DNA from: a virus
Taxonomy: Duplodnaviria > Caudoviricetes
IMG/VR virus record: IMGVR_UViG_3300027798_000027
Location: 1-64,000 of that record
Strand: one strand, 5' to 3'
DNA: 64,000 nt
The number at the start of each line of letters is the position of its first letter. The first letter of the stretch is position 1. The notes beneath the pieces were generated by a model. It ran no database searches. It saw only the letters and a list, made by a program, of their open reading frames with translations, and was not told the origin of the DNA. The translations under genes were made by a program, and so were the position numbers. Shown one piece after another: positions 37,015 to 45,987 of this stretch.

Positions 37015-37383
37015 CTACTTTCTTAGATCAAAGGCAGTTCCCTGCCAAACTTTTTCTAGTTTTTTCTTTTCTCTCTGTGTAATTGCACGGCTCCATGAAA
37101 AGCCTGCATCTCCACCCCAAGCATCCCACATAATTCTTCCATTGGATGGAAACTCTGGACCATCATAAAAACCTTTGCCTTTTTTATCTACTTCGTGACG
37201 GGAAAAAAAAGAAAACATTCTCTTAACAGTACTAAGAGACATTGCTGATCCATTTACGATATCAGTTGCACGACCCCAACCTACTGGAGTTCCTGCTCCC
37301 TTAGCCTTACCATCTGCTTTCCACTTTAAAGCACGACGAGCAGCAGCCTTCATGCCAGATGTAGGTGTGTATGTATCAGCCAT
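37015..37383 (-). CDS. Conserved phage head-module-associated protein
   Basis: TVKRMFSFFSRHEVDK...PSNGRIMWDAWGGDAGFSW. Confidence 0.7.
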   Translation of the reverse strand: MADTYTPTSGMKAAARRALKWKADGKAKGAGTPVGWGRATDIVNGSAMSLSTVKRMFSFFSRHEVDKKGKGFYDGPEFPSNGRIMWDAWGGDAGFSWSRAITQREKKKLEKVWQGTAFDLRK

Positions 37384-37726
37384 TTCTTTTTACCCTGTTT
37401 GTTTCATAAGATTTACCCCAAAAAAATGATCCAATCATTAACAAGCCTATTACTAATGAATGCAAGAAATAAAATTTACTCATTTTGACTTCTTCTTTTC
37501 TTGCTTAGCAGCACGTTTTTCTTTAAGAGTCATTTTTGGCTCTTTCTTTTTATTAGCATTACCCTTTTGTTCTTTGTTAGCCATTGCTTACTACCCCTTT
37601 ATTTTTGTTTTGTATGGACCTAAGTCCGCTTTAATGCTACCGTCTTTTCTTAAACGAACAATTCTTCCGTCTTTAATCTGCATAGGATTAAACCCGTGAT
37701 CTTTAGAATAAGAACCAGAAGATCTG

Positions 37727-38923
37727 TTAGCCATTATCCTTAAACGGAGTTAAATCAAATATAGATCCGCCCCAACTTTCTGTATTTTTATTTATATTGT
37801 TTGACTGATTAAATAATTCTTTTACTCTTGTTGGTTTTTCTACGCTTTTTGCAAAATCTTCAAACAAAGATTTTTTAGTTGATCTTGAATGTCCCTTTGG
37901 AAATAAATCTAAATCAAATGGTTTTCTTGGAAATCTTCCACGTAATCCAGCCATAAAGGCATTTACCCTGCCCATTGCCCATTGCTCTGCGCTAGAAACA
38001 CTGCCACGCACTGATGATGGGTTAGTTCTGTATGCTCCAATGCCACGACGATAAACTGCTTGTAGAGTTCCTACTGTAATTCTTTTATCACTATCTTTTC
38101 CTTTGTTGTAATTTTCAACAAGTTCTCTTAATTTTGATTCAGAAGCCTTTTCCATGGTCTCATCCATGTCATACATTTTTTCATTATCAATTGGCTCAGA
38201 TGAAACTCTTAAAGATTTAACTGGTTTTGCAACACGTCTATCCGTCTTTGTTCTTTTACCTTTTTCATTTGTTGCATAAACTCTTATAACTGCTACAGGA
38301 TTATCTGCAGACGCTTCTACTTTTTCATTAGTCCCCGCAATGTTTACGGTTCCAGAACGTTCAACTCTTTCTACAACTCCATGTGCAGATTCTGTTTTGT
38401 CTGGTGGTTTTGGAACTCCAAATGTTACATGATCTCCAACAGAAACTGATTTTGCTTTTCCCATATCATCATCATGATGAACCATGTTGTGTACTTTTCC
38501 AACGGGAACACAATTAGGTACCATGCGTCCACCTTTATCTTTCATACCACGTTGTTCATATCCAACCCAACATGCTTTTGAAACGTTATCCCATTTGTCC
38601 ATTTCTTCATCATCTGAATGATAAGACTTTCCCATTTCCATATCTGTGTTCATGTGATGTCCCTCTAACTTATCTAGTTTAGTGGCATCATTATGCATCA
38701 TGCCAATACTGTATGCACTTTCTTTCCAACTACCTTTTTCTTTTTGTTCTTCATAAATTCTAACGGACATTGCAGGATTTTCTGGAGGCATTGATTGAAG
38801 GGCATATTCTGAACCCGCACTGCCAAGAGTTCCGCCTTCTATCATTATATGTTCAACTTTTCCATGAACAAGACCTACTTTTGTCTCACCCATTACAAAA
38901 TCGCCTTCTACAATATGACTCAT
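37727..38923 (-). CDS. Multidomain phage protein (Tudor/SH3-like modules, CWxGY...VPNCVP motif, YRRGxGAY C-terminal domain)
   Basis: Motifs read from translation. Confidence 0.65.
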   Translation of the reverse strand: MSHIVEGDFVMGETKVGLVHGKVEHIMIEGGTLGSAGSEYALQSMPPENPAMSVRIYEEQKEKGSWKESAYSIGMMHNDATKLDKLEGHHMNTDMEMGKSYHSDDEEMDKWDNVSKACWVGYEQRGMKDKGGRMVPNCVPVGKVHNMVHHDDDMGKAKSVSVGDHVTFGVPKPPDKTESAHGVVERVERSGTVNIAGTNEKVEASADNPVAVIRVYATNEKGKRTKTDRRVAKPVKSLRVSSEPIDNEKMYDMDETMEKASESKLRELVENYNKGKDSDKRITVGTLQAVYRRGIGAYRTNPSSVRGSVSSAEQWAMGRVNAFMAGLRGRFPRKPFDLDLFPKGHSRSTKKSLFEDFAKSVEKPTRVKELFNQSNNINKNTESWGGSIFDLTPFKDNG

Positions 38924-38941
38924 GTTTAAATTATATCAGAC

Positions 38942-39319
38942 TTATTTTTTACGAGTAAGGCGTTTAAGTTCTTCTATAGCCCAAACGTCTTGCTTGCGTA
39001 GTTTTGACATTTCTAGAGGATCAAAAGACTTATTTGTAAGAGTCACTATTGGCTCTTTTGCCAAAAAATCTATGTCTACATAGGCCCTTTCCCATAAAGA
39101 AAGTATCTCAGCATTAACTCTATTAAGATGATCACTATAAAGTTCTGGCATCAACTCTTTAATTTTAGGTGTAAATGAATATAACAATGATCCATTTTCA
39201 GAATCAATACCCGCAACCTCTAAGCCACCCTCAAGTATTAACTTTTCAATCATTTCATTTTCACTTGAAGTCATAGTTTTCTCATCTGGATTAAATATTC
39301 TCTTGAATAGTTTTTTCAT
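38942..39319 (-). CDS. Hypothetical protein
   Basis: 125-aa ORF. Confidence 0.6.
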   Translation of the reverse strand: MKKLFKRIFNPDEKTMTSSENEMIEKLILEGGLEVAGIDSENGSLLYSFTPKIKELMPELYSDHLNRVNAEILSLWERAYVDIDFLAKEPIVTLTNKSFDPLEMSKLRKQDVWAIEELKRLTRKK

Positions 39320-39563
39320 AATTAATAAAGTTCTCCAACTCTGTCCTTGTTTTTGCCCCAGTTACACGGCTGAGTTCTCTACCGTCTTCTAATAAAATAA
39401 ATGTAGGAATTGAACTTACTTTAAATCTTTCAACAAGTGATTGTTCGTAGTCAGCATCTATCATTTGAAATTCAAAACCTTCTCTTTTCATTGCTTCAAC
39501 AACTGGCTTTACTTTTTTACAAGGTTGACACCAGTCTGCTGTAAAATAAAAAACAGTTTTCAC
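39291..39563 (-). CDS. Thioredoxin
   Basis: FTADWCQPCK, SIPTF. Confidence 0.95.
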   Translation of the reverse strand: MKTVFYFTADWCQPCKKVKPVVEAMKREGFEFQMIDADYEQSLVERFKVSSIPTFILLEDGRELSRVTGAKTRTELENFINYEKTIQENI

Positions 39564-39967
39564 TTTTTAGACTTTGCTCTGGCTTTTTTAAGTAATTCAA
39601 AATCTTTAATTTTAGTTTCTCCAAGATATCCCCAAGCATATCCATCATTAATCATTTTATTATTAACTGATTCAGACTCTCCATTTACATATACCCAGCC
39701 AAGAATGCGTCCATATTTTTCAGATGAATTCATTTTTTCTGTACGAATAACAACAGACTTTGCATCCTTAAGTTGCTTCTTTAAATATTCTTTAGCCTCA
39801 AGGCCAAGAGCCTTTTCTGCTTTATCTGTTGTGCGTGACTCTGGAGTGTCAATACCAGCCAAACGAACACGGGATGCAAATAAAATATCAAACCCTAAAT
39901 CAATAACTACATCAATGGTATCTCCATCAACAACATTTTTTACTTCTTCAACAAAATACTCATACAT
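39560..39967 (-). CDS. Thermonuclease (SNase-like)
   Basis: VVDGDT, VRLAGIDTPE, KYGRILG. Confidence 0.95.
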   Translation of the reverse strand: MYEYFVEEVKNVVDGDTIDVVIDLGFDILFASRVRLAGIDTPESRTTDKAEKALGLEAKEYLKKQLKDAKSVVIRTEKMNSSEKYGRILGWVYVNGESESVNNKMINDGYAWGYLGETKIKDFELLKKARAKSKK

Positions 39968-40224
39968 TATAGGCCCCCTATTGGTTTGTTTGCTGCCAAC
40001 TTTTCACGCTCATCAAGAATTTCTACTAAAAAAGCCATCATCTTATTGTGTGAATCAGGATTGTTCATTATGTTTTCGTAATGATGATTACAAAATGTTA
40101 GTTGTCCTGATAAACCTTTAACTCTAACTAAGGCTTGTGCTTGACATTTATCACAACGATCACTGGCATTTAGTATATATTTTTTTGAAACTACGCTTGG
40201 ATGTTCTTCAATAATGTTAGTCAT
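39967..40224 (-). CDS. Zn-binding actinophage hypothetical protein
   Basis: DRCDKC...FCNHH. Confidence 0.65.
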   Translation of the reverse strand: MTNIIEEHPSVVSKKYILNASDRCDKCQAQALVRVKGLSGQLTFCNHHYENIMNNPDSHNKMMAFLVEILDEREKLAANKPIGGL

Positions 40225-40239
40225 ACTCATATTATACAT

Positions 40240-40413
40240 CTACTTTCTGTTGTCGGTTGAATAAAATCCGCTACCGTTAAAAATTGCAGCGGGTGCACTC
40301 CACAGCCTTTGCATAGATTCATTACAACATACTGGATATTTGTCATCACCAATTGATTTTTCAAATTCAATTTGTGAAGAACAAATAGAGCATTTGTAAT
40401 CATATCTTGGCAC
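40240..40413 (-). CDS. FmdB-family zinc-ribbon protein
   Basis: PRYDYKCSIC...CC...FNGSGFYSTD. Confidence 0.85.
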   Translation of the reverse strand: MPRYDYKCSICSSQIEFEKSIGDDKYPVCCNESMQRLWSAPAAIFNGSGFYSTDNRK

Positions 40414-40451
40414 TGTTTCTCCTATAGTTATATCTAAGTATATCAAAAAGT

Positions 40452-40478
40452 GAGCAGTTTTTCAACTTGCTCAGGTTG
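40452..40478 (-). ncRNA. Conserved 3'-UTR H-type pseudoknot, copy 6
   Basis: CAAC-CT-GAGCA-A-GTTG-AAAAAC-TGCTC, 5 nt after hsp20 stop. Confidence 0.75.
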
Positions 40479-40483
40479 TTTTT

Positions 40484-40900
40484 TTACTTTATTTTAATTA
40501 CTTTAGGTTTTTTATCTTCAGGAATTACACGAACAACATTAATTGTTAATAGCCCATCTTTTAGTTCTGCACTAGATACTTCCATATACTCTCCAAGAGC
40601 AAAAGATCGTACAAATTTACGACCAGCGATTCCCTTGTGAACAACCTCAGCATCTGTAACTTCTACAAGTTCTCCCTTAATTACAAGAGTTCCATTGTCT
40701 ACTGACACATCAATGTCTTCTTTTGTAAATCCCGCAATAGCAAGAGATAACCTATATGTATCTTCATCTAATTTAAGAAGATCATACGGAGGGTATGATT
40801 GTGAATTTACTTTATGTGCTGTATTTAAACGGCCTAACTCTCTGTTAAAGCCAATAAAAAAAGGATCATTAAATAGATCCATTGCAAATTGTGTTACCAT
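40484..40900 (-). CDS. Hsp20 small heat-shock protein (IbpA-like)
   Basis: SYPPYDL...LAIAGF...HKGIAGRKFVRSF...LKDGLLTI. Confidence 0.95.
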   Translation of the reverse strand: MVTQFAMDLFNDPFFIGFNRELGRLNTAHKVNSQSYPPYDLLKLDEDTYRLSLAIAGFTKEDIDVSVDNGTLVIKGELVEVTDAEVVHKGIAGRKFVRSFALGEYMEVSSAELKDGLLTINVVRVIPEDKKPKVIKIK

Positions 40901-40994
40901 TTTATTCCCCTTTCAAGCGAATAAGTTAATGTATCCCCATTTGGCAGATACCCTATAATTATATCAGATAAAAATAAATCTTATAATTAGTAAA

Positions 40995-42680
40995 TTAAAC
41001 GTCCTTTTTAGATACAAGTTTGGATATTTCTGGAAACCAAACATAATCTAGTTCACTATTTTTTAATGTATAAAAGGCATCTTCTGGTGTTTCAACCAAT
41101 GGTTTGCCAGCAAGATTAAAACTAGTATTAAGTAATATCCCCATATTTGTTATTTTTTTAAATTCATTCAACAAATTAAAAATTATTGGATTAGACTTGT
41201 CAACTGTCTGTATTCTACAAGTGTTGTCAATGTGGACGACCCCTGGTATTTTTTTAATTGCATCATCTTTTACTGGAAAAGAAATGGTCATGAATTCACT
41301 TTTTTTAATTCTACCCATTTCAAAATATTTACTAGACTCTTCTTCTAATACCATTGCAGCGAATGGGCGATACCATTCTCTTTTTTTAATTCTGTTTACT
41401 TTTTCTTTTGCATCTTTATCTCTGCAATCAAAAAGAATTGATCTATTTCCAAGTGCTCTTGGACCAGCCTCTGCGAGTCCATTATAAACTGCAACACTTT
41501 TCCCATTAGAAATTAATTTTGCAACATCGGATATAGAAACATCTAATCCATTAATATCATCAAGCAAATAGTTTTTACCATTAAAAAATGTATGCTCTAA
41601 TTTATTAATAGTAGAATCTAATGTTGTATCACGATAACACTTCATTGCTGCTCCAATACTATTTCCAGTGTCGTCTGCTAGTGGTTCAAAGAAAAAATTA
41701 ATTTCTGGAAATTGTGTAATATAATAATTATTTGCAACGACATTTAAACCGTATCCACCAGTGATACATACATTTTTAATACCTGTTTTTTCTACATACA
41801 TATTAATCATTGACGCAACTGCTTCTTGAGTTTCTTTTTGAACGTTCCAAGCATAATCTGCATATTCTTGATAATTATTAGTGTTTATTTCTTTTGTTGA
41901 TTTATGTTTTAAATTTAAATAGTTTGCCACTCTCATATCACTAAAAAATTCATGACCAAAATTATAGTCAATAGGTATTGAATCTTTGTTAAATAGTTTA
42001 GGATAGTTTTTATTTTTATTTCCATAAGCAGAAAGCCCCATTGTTTTACCATTTTCAAGTGGGTCTTGTCTAATCAATGTTGTTGCTGTTTCATAAACTT
42101 TAACAATTCCAAACATTGATTTAGCATTAAAATCACAATCTGGATTATCATTTTTTAATAAATCAACAAACTCATGTCCATAATTTTCAAATACCCAAAA
42201 ATTTTTACACAATGTTTTAAAATTATTTGGATAAGATGCTAAATAAACGCTTTCAGATTCTCTAAGAGAATTTCCCCAAACGGACCCATTTCTATCAATT
42301 ACAAAAACAAGTGCTTGGTCAAATCCACTGTCATAAAACGCTAAATTTGCATGAATTAAGTGATGTTCATTGGAATAATCAAATTCTCTGGCAATCTTAA
42401 AATTTTTTAATGCTAGTTTTTTAATTATATTATATACATCTGGCTCTTGCGTTGGAGTTGAATAAGCGTAGTCAACACTTTCTTCTTTTAAATTTATTTC
42501 AAAAAAAGATTTTATTGGAAGTTGATCTCTTTTTGTTTTTGAAAAACGCTCTTCTTTAAAAAAATTAACTATTTTGCCATTTTCAAAAAGACAAATAGAA
42601 GAGTCATGCATTGAAGATACACCAAGTATTTTTGTTATTTTATTGCCCCCTTTAGTAAGTGAACAATTTATTAAAGACAT
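40995..42680 (-). CDS. Carbamoyltransferase (NodU/CmcH family)
   Basis: HDSS..EERFSK, HHLIHA, GKTMGLSAYG, GGYGLN, EAGPRALGNRS, REWYRPFA, LNTSFN. Confidence 0.9.
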   Translation of the reverse strand: MSLINCSLTKGGNKITKILGVSSMHDSSICLFENGKIVNFFKEERFSKTKRDQLPIKSFFEINLKEESVDYAYSTPTQEPDVYNIIKKLALKNFKIAREFDYSNEHHLIHANLAFYDSGFDQALVFVIDRNGSVWGNSLRESESVYLASYPNNFKTLCKNFWVFENYGHEFVDLLKNDNPDCDFNAKSMFGIVKVYETATTLIRQDPLENGKTMGLSAYGNKNKNYPKLFNKDSIPIDYNFGHEFFSDMRVANYLNLKHKSTKEINTNNYQEYADYAWNVQKETQEAVASMINMYVEKTGIKNVCITGGYGLNVVANNYYITQFPEINFFFEPLADDTGNSIGAAMKCYRDTTLDSTINKLEHTFFNGKNYLLDDINGLDVSISDVAKLISNGKSVAVYNGLAEAGPRALGNRSILFDCRDKDAKEKVNRIKKREWYRPFAAMVLEEESSKYFEMGRIKKSEFMTISFPVKDDAIKKIPGVVHIDNTCRIQTVDKSNPIIFNLLNEFKKITNMGILLNTSFNLAGKPLVETPEDAFYTLKNSELDYVWFPEISKLVSKKDV

Positions 42681-42789
42681 GTTCAGGTCTATTATTCCAT
42701 TATACAGGCTTACTTATTTTTTTGCAACTTTAATAGCATTTTTTGGATTTTTTGTCCTTTAAAACAATACTATTATGCTATTTGTTTAA

Positions 42790-43512
42790 TTAAAAATAAT
42801 GTTTTATTAAATTTTTTTCAATTTCTTTTAAAATATAAGGTTTTCCTTGAAATTTATTGTAAAAATCTTGAATGCTTTTTTTAGACTTTGACCGATAATG
42901 GGGTAGACTTATTCTAAAATTATGTTTTATTATTGAGTTTAAATGATCATTAAATTTAAATTGTTTAAAATTTATTTTTTCTTTAGTGTGAAATCTTAAA
43001 TAATACAAAACATCTTTTTCATTAACAAGAAATTCGTCAAACTCATCTTTTAAAGCAATTGCAAATTCAGTAGGTCTAAACCATTTCCCTATATCAAATG
43101 TACCCTGAAACATCATACATCTTTTTGTTATTTCGTTTTGCTCAAAAACTGGATACTCATATGCAGTCATTTCTAAACTATCTTTGTCTGTAAAAAAAAT
43201 ATATTCTGTTGAAAAACTAAAAAACTTTTTCTCTATTTGTCTTGGTATAACGTGTGTGTCAAAAAATTGTTTATCATACATGTCAGAATGAAGATTATTA
43301 TTTTTTATTTTAATAGAATAATTAAATAGTGATTTTATTGCAAAAACATTGTTAAGGTTTGAATTAAAAACTGGACAATAATTAATGGAACCATGATCTA
43401 TGGGTCCTGGATGTCCAAACCCTAGTTTATAAAATCTATCTGAAACTTTTTCTGGTTTTTCTGCTTTATACCATTCTTTGTCTAAGCAAGCCCAATAAAC
43501 TGTAATTGCCAT
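42790..43512 (-). CDS. Divergent DUF6065-like accessory protein (paralogue 4)
   Basis: YCPVF, QGTFDIGKWFRP, DVLYYLRF; weaker similarity to the other copies. Confidence 0.45.
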   Translation of the reverse strand: MAITVYWACLDKEWYKAEKPEKVSDRFYKLGFGHPGPIDHGSINYCPVFNSNLNNVFAIKSLFNYSIKIKNNNLHSDMYDKQFFDTHVIPRQIEKKFFSFSTEYIFFTDKDSLEMTAYEYPVFEQNEITKRCMMFQGTFDIGKWFRPTEFAIALKDEFDEFLVNEKDVLYYLRFHTKEKINFKQFKFNDHLNSIIKHNFRISLPHYRSKSKKSIQDFYNKFQGKPYILKEIEKNLIKHYF

Positions 43513-43543
43513 TATTCTCCTTTTAATACATTATACACTTTCG

Positions 43544-43616
43544 TACCTCTAACGGAATTTGAATCCGTGTTACCGCCGTGAAAGGGCGACGTCCTAGGCC
43601 ACTAGACGATAGAGGC
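43544..43616 (-). tRNA. tRNA-Glu(TTC)
   Basis: GCCTCTA/TAGAGGT acceptor, TCGCC-CTTTCAC-GGCGG, GGATTCAAATTCC. Confidence 0.95.
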
Positions 43617-43620
43617 GTAG

Positions 43621-43691
43621 AGCGGATAGCGGGAATCGGACCCACACATTAACCTTGGCAAGGTTACGCACTACCACTATGCAATATCCGC
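43621..43691 (-). tRNA. tRNA-Gly(GCC)
   Basis: GCGGATA/TATCCGC acceptor, TAACC-TTGCCAA-GGTTA; T-loop reads TCCGATT. Confidence 0.9.
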
Positions 43692-43710
43692 AACTATATT
43701 TTAATATTGT

Positions 43711-44334
43711 TTAAGCAATTATCCAACCACGAAGTAATTGCAAAAATTTATTTAAATATTTTTTCATTATAGCGCTATCCTGAATAGAACTTTCAAACTC
43801 TACACTAGTTTTTGGCTCATTAAAAATTTTGCTTTCACTTAACTCTCCCTGAGTTGCAGAAATAGTTGCAGGATTTGATGGAAGCCCAAGTGGATTGATT
43901 ATTGCAGTAAGAGTTACTGTATCTACTGCTCCAGTTGCAGTTATTGTTTCTACAACTTCTGTTCTAGTTTGTGGAACAGACCAAGTAACTCCTTCTTGAG
44001 AAAAAGTGTTTTGTTGTTCATTATACGTAACTCTTCTATCAACTTCTCCTGCTTTAGGTGCTGGATTATAATATCCACCCGTAGCCTGATGAGTTACTGG
44101 ATCTGCTGATGTTTGTAAAACTACCTGCTTTCCATCAAATGTTCCAGACCCACATACAGATGGTTGACAAGTAATTATGTTTATTACAACTCCACCTTCA
44201 ACTACGGCCCAAACTTGACATGGATCTGCTGCAGAACACTCTCCCGCATTTGCTATTTCTGGAACCGAAATAAATACAAATGATGACGCAATTACGCTAA
44301 AGATTGTACCAATAACTTTATTTTTTAACTTCAT
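43711..44334 (-). CDS. Secreted protein with signal peptide
   Basis: Hydrophobic N-terminus ending PEIANA; Cys pairs. Confidence 0.65.
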   Translation of the reverse strand: MKLKNKVIGTIFSVIASSFVFISVPEIANAGECSAADPCQVWAVVEGGVVINIITCQPSVCGSGTFDGKQVVLQTSADPVTHQATGGYYNPAPKAGEVDRRVTYNEQQNTFSQEGVTWSVPQTRTEVVETITATGAVDTVTLTAIINPLGLPSNPATISATQGELSESKIFNEPKTSVEFESSIQDSAIMKKYLNKFLQLLRGWIIA

Positions 44335-44347
44335 TTTACCCCTTTTA

Positions 44348-44566
44348 TTAGTTGTTTTTTATTTTAATTACTACCTGACAAGGGTCTCCGCCCTCTTCCC
44401 ACTCTTGTGCTTCTTCATCACTCATATACGGATCTCCGTCATGAGTGTTACAAAACGGTTCTGTTATCCAGCCCCGTTCAATTCCATTGTCTAACCAAAT
44501 CTCAAACTCATCAAGACTTGATGCTTCACTTTGAATGTCTTTTAAAATATCATCAAAATTTGTCAT
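44348..44566 (-). CDS. Acidic hypothetical protein
   Basis: GWITEPFCNTHDGDP...GGDPC. Confidence 0.6.
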   Translation of the reverse strand: MTNFDDILKDIQSEASSLDEFEIWLDNGIERGWITEPFCNTHDGDPYMSDEEAQEWEEGGDPCQVVIKIKNN

Positions 44567-44597
44567 ATATAAAGTATACTATAGTTGAATGTAAAAG

Positions 44598-45392
44598 TCA
44601 ATTTTTATTTTTTTTTGGTAGTTGATGATCTTTAAATTTATTTCCTTTAATATCTTTTCCTAAATAATATATTTTATCTATTTTTTTATCATTAGCATTA
44701 GCATTAGCAGCGATTCTTTTTTTACTGTGTTCATGAACAGTATTAACTTCTTCTTCTACAATTTTTTTATCAAAAATATCATATGCATTTTTTAATTTAA
44801 AAGAATCACAAAAATATCTTGGTATTGGAATCATTCCAACAATAGGAGTATTTGGCTCTATTATTATTTTTGTATTTATTAAATCTATTTTTATATTTAA
44901 AGTAAAAGAAAATCTTATATTGTCAGATTCTATTACACCAGTCATAGGGCTTAATCCAGGCAAAGGAAAATTTGGCGGAGAAATTGTCATTAAATTTATT
45001 CCAGGAGGTGTTTTAAGTGTTAATGGGTAATGAATAGTAAATATTCCATTTCCAAATTCAGAAGTTGGATAAATAAAATTTGCTTTACTATATTTTTCAA
45101 AATCATCATAAAATTCTACAACAACATCTTTTATGGTATTTCCTCCATTCCAAATAACACTAAACGTATATGGCAAACTAAAAACAAATCCTTGCATATT
45201 TCCTATAGATAAAGGAAGACATTTATAGAAATGTGAAGAGAACCATTCTCTTTTGTGATCTAGGTTTAATGGTCTTAAAAATAGGCCAACATCTTTTAAA
45301 TCAAACGGTTCAACACCCTCGTCTGGCATTACTGGGAAAAATGCAATAGTTTTTTCAGGAACAACAAGACCGTCATCTTGATTAATTATCAT
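44598..45392 (-). CDS. DUF6065-like accessory protein (paralogue 5)
   Basis: YKCLPLSIGNMQGF, TPPGINL, MTGVIESD, NTPIVGMIPIPR. Confidence 0.65.
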   Translation of the reverse strand: MIINQDDGLVVPEKTIAFFPVMPDEGVEPFDLKDVGLFLRPLNLDHKREWFSSHFYKCLPLSIGNMQGFVFSLPYTFSVIWNGGNTIKDVVVEFYDDFEKYSKANFIYPTSEFGNGIFTIHYPLTLKTPPGINLMTISPPNFPLPGLSPMTGVIESDNIRFSFTLNIKIDLINTKIIIEPNTPIVGMIPIPRYFCDSFKLKNAYDIFDKKIVEEEVNTVHEHSKKRIAANANANDKKIDKIYYLGKDIKGNKFKDHQLPKKNKN

Positions 45393-45398
45393 AAATAT

Positions 45399-45923
45399 TT
45401 AAATACTTACCACGTCAATAGGTCCCATACATGATGGGCTAAACTTAATAGCAGCACCAACTGCTCCTACAACTCTTTTACGAGGATCTTTAGATTTTTC
45501 TGTAGCATTTAAATATCCATATGCATACTCAGAGCCAGAACCCATGGCTAAATAATCTAAATTATATTTAGATAAAGACATATCAATTGCGTTATGCTCA
45601 TATATTTGTCCTCTAATACAAATAATAAGACCTAAATCGCCTTCTTTGGATGTGTCTACCCACCAGTCATTATAAAAATTTCTAAGTTGTTTAATAAACT
45701 TAGTTTGCATAAACTTGTCTGTGTCTTTAATGTCTGGTATATATGGATTAAAATTATACCTAATACGTTCCCCATCTAATGCCCCCGCATATCCAAGTAA
45801 ATACGGTCCAAGTTTCCAAACTTTTGGTGCTGTTAACGCAAGTATAGTATTGTCATCAGAAGCCCCACGATCACCAGCCATAAAAATCTTGTCTTCATGG
45901 CGAACTACAGCCAATACCGTCAT
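45399..45923 (-). CDS. Ntn-hydrolase, HslV/proteasome-beta-like protease
   Basis: Met-Thr N-terminus, MAGDRGAS, KVW, LGYAG, AMGSGSEYAYG. Confidence 0.8.
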   Translation of the reverse strand: MTVLAVVRHEDKIFMAGDRGASDDNTILALTAPKVWKLGPYLLGYAGALDGERIRYNFNPYIPDIKDTDKFMQTKFIKQLRNFYNDWWVDTSKEGDLGLIICIRGQIYEHNAIDMSLSKYNLDYLAMGSGSEYAYGYLNATEKSKDPRKRVVGAVGAAIKFSPSCMGPIDVVSI

Positions 45924-45987
45924 ATAGAGATCCCCTCAGAGTATGCTATTTAAGTATAGCAAATGATTATTACTTAGTCAAAGACCT

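Noticed and set aside
39441-40121. 226-aa plus-strand ORF
   Set aside because: Antisense shadow across the thioredoxin, nuclease and Zn-protein genes
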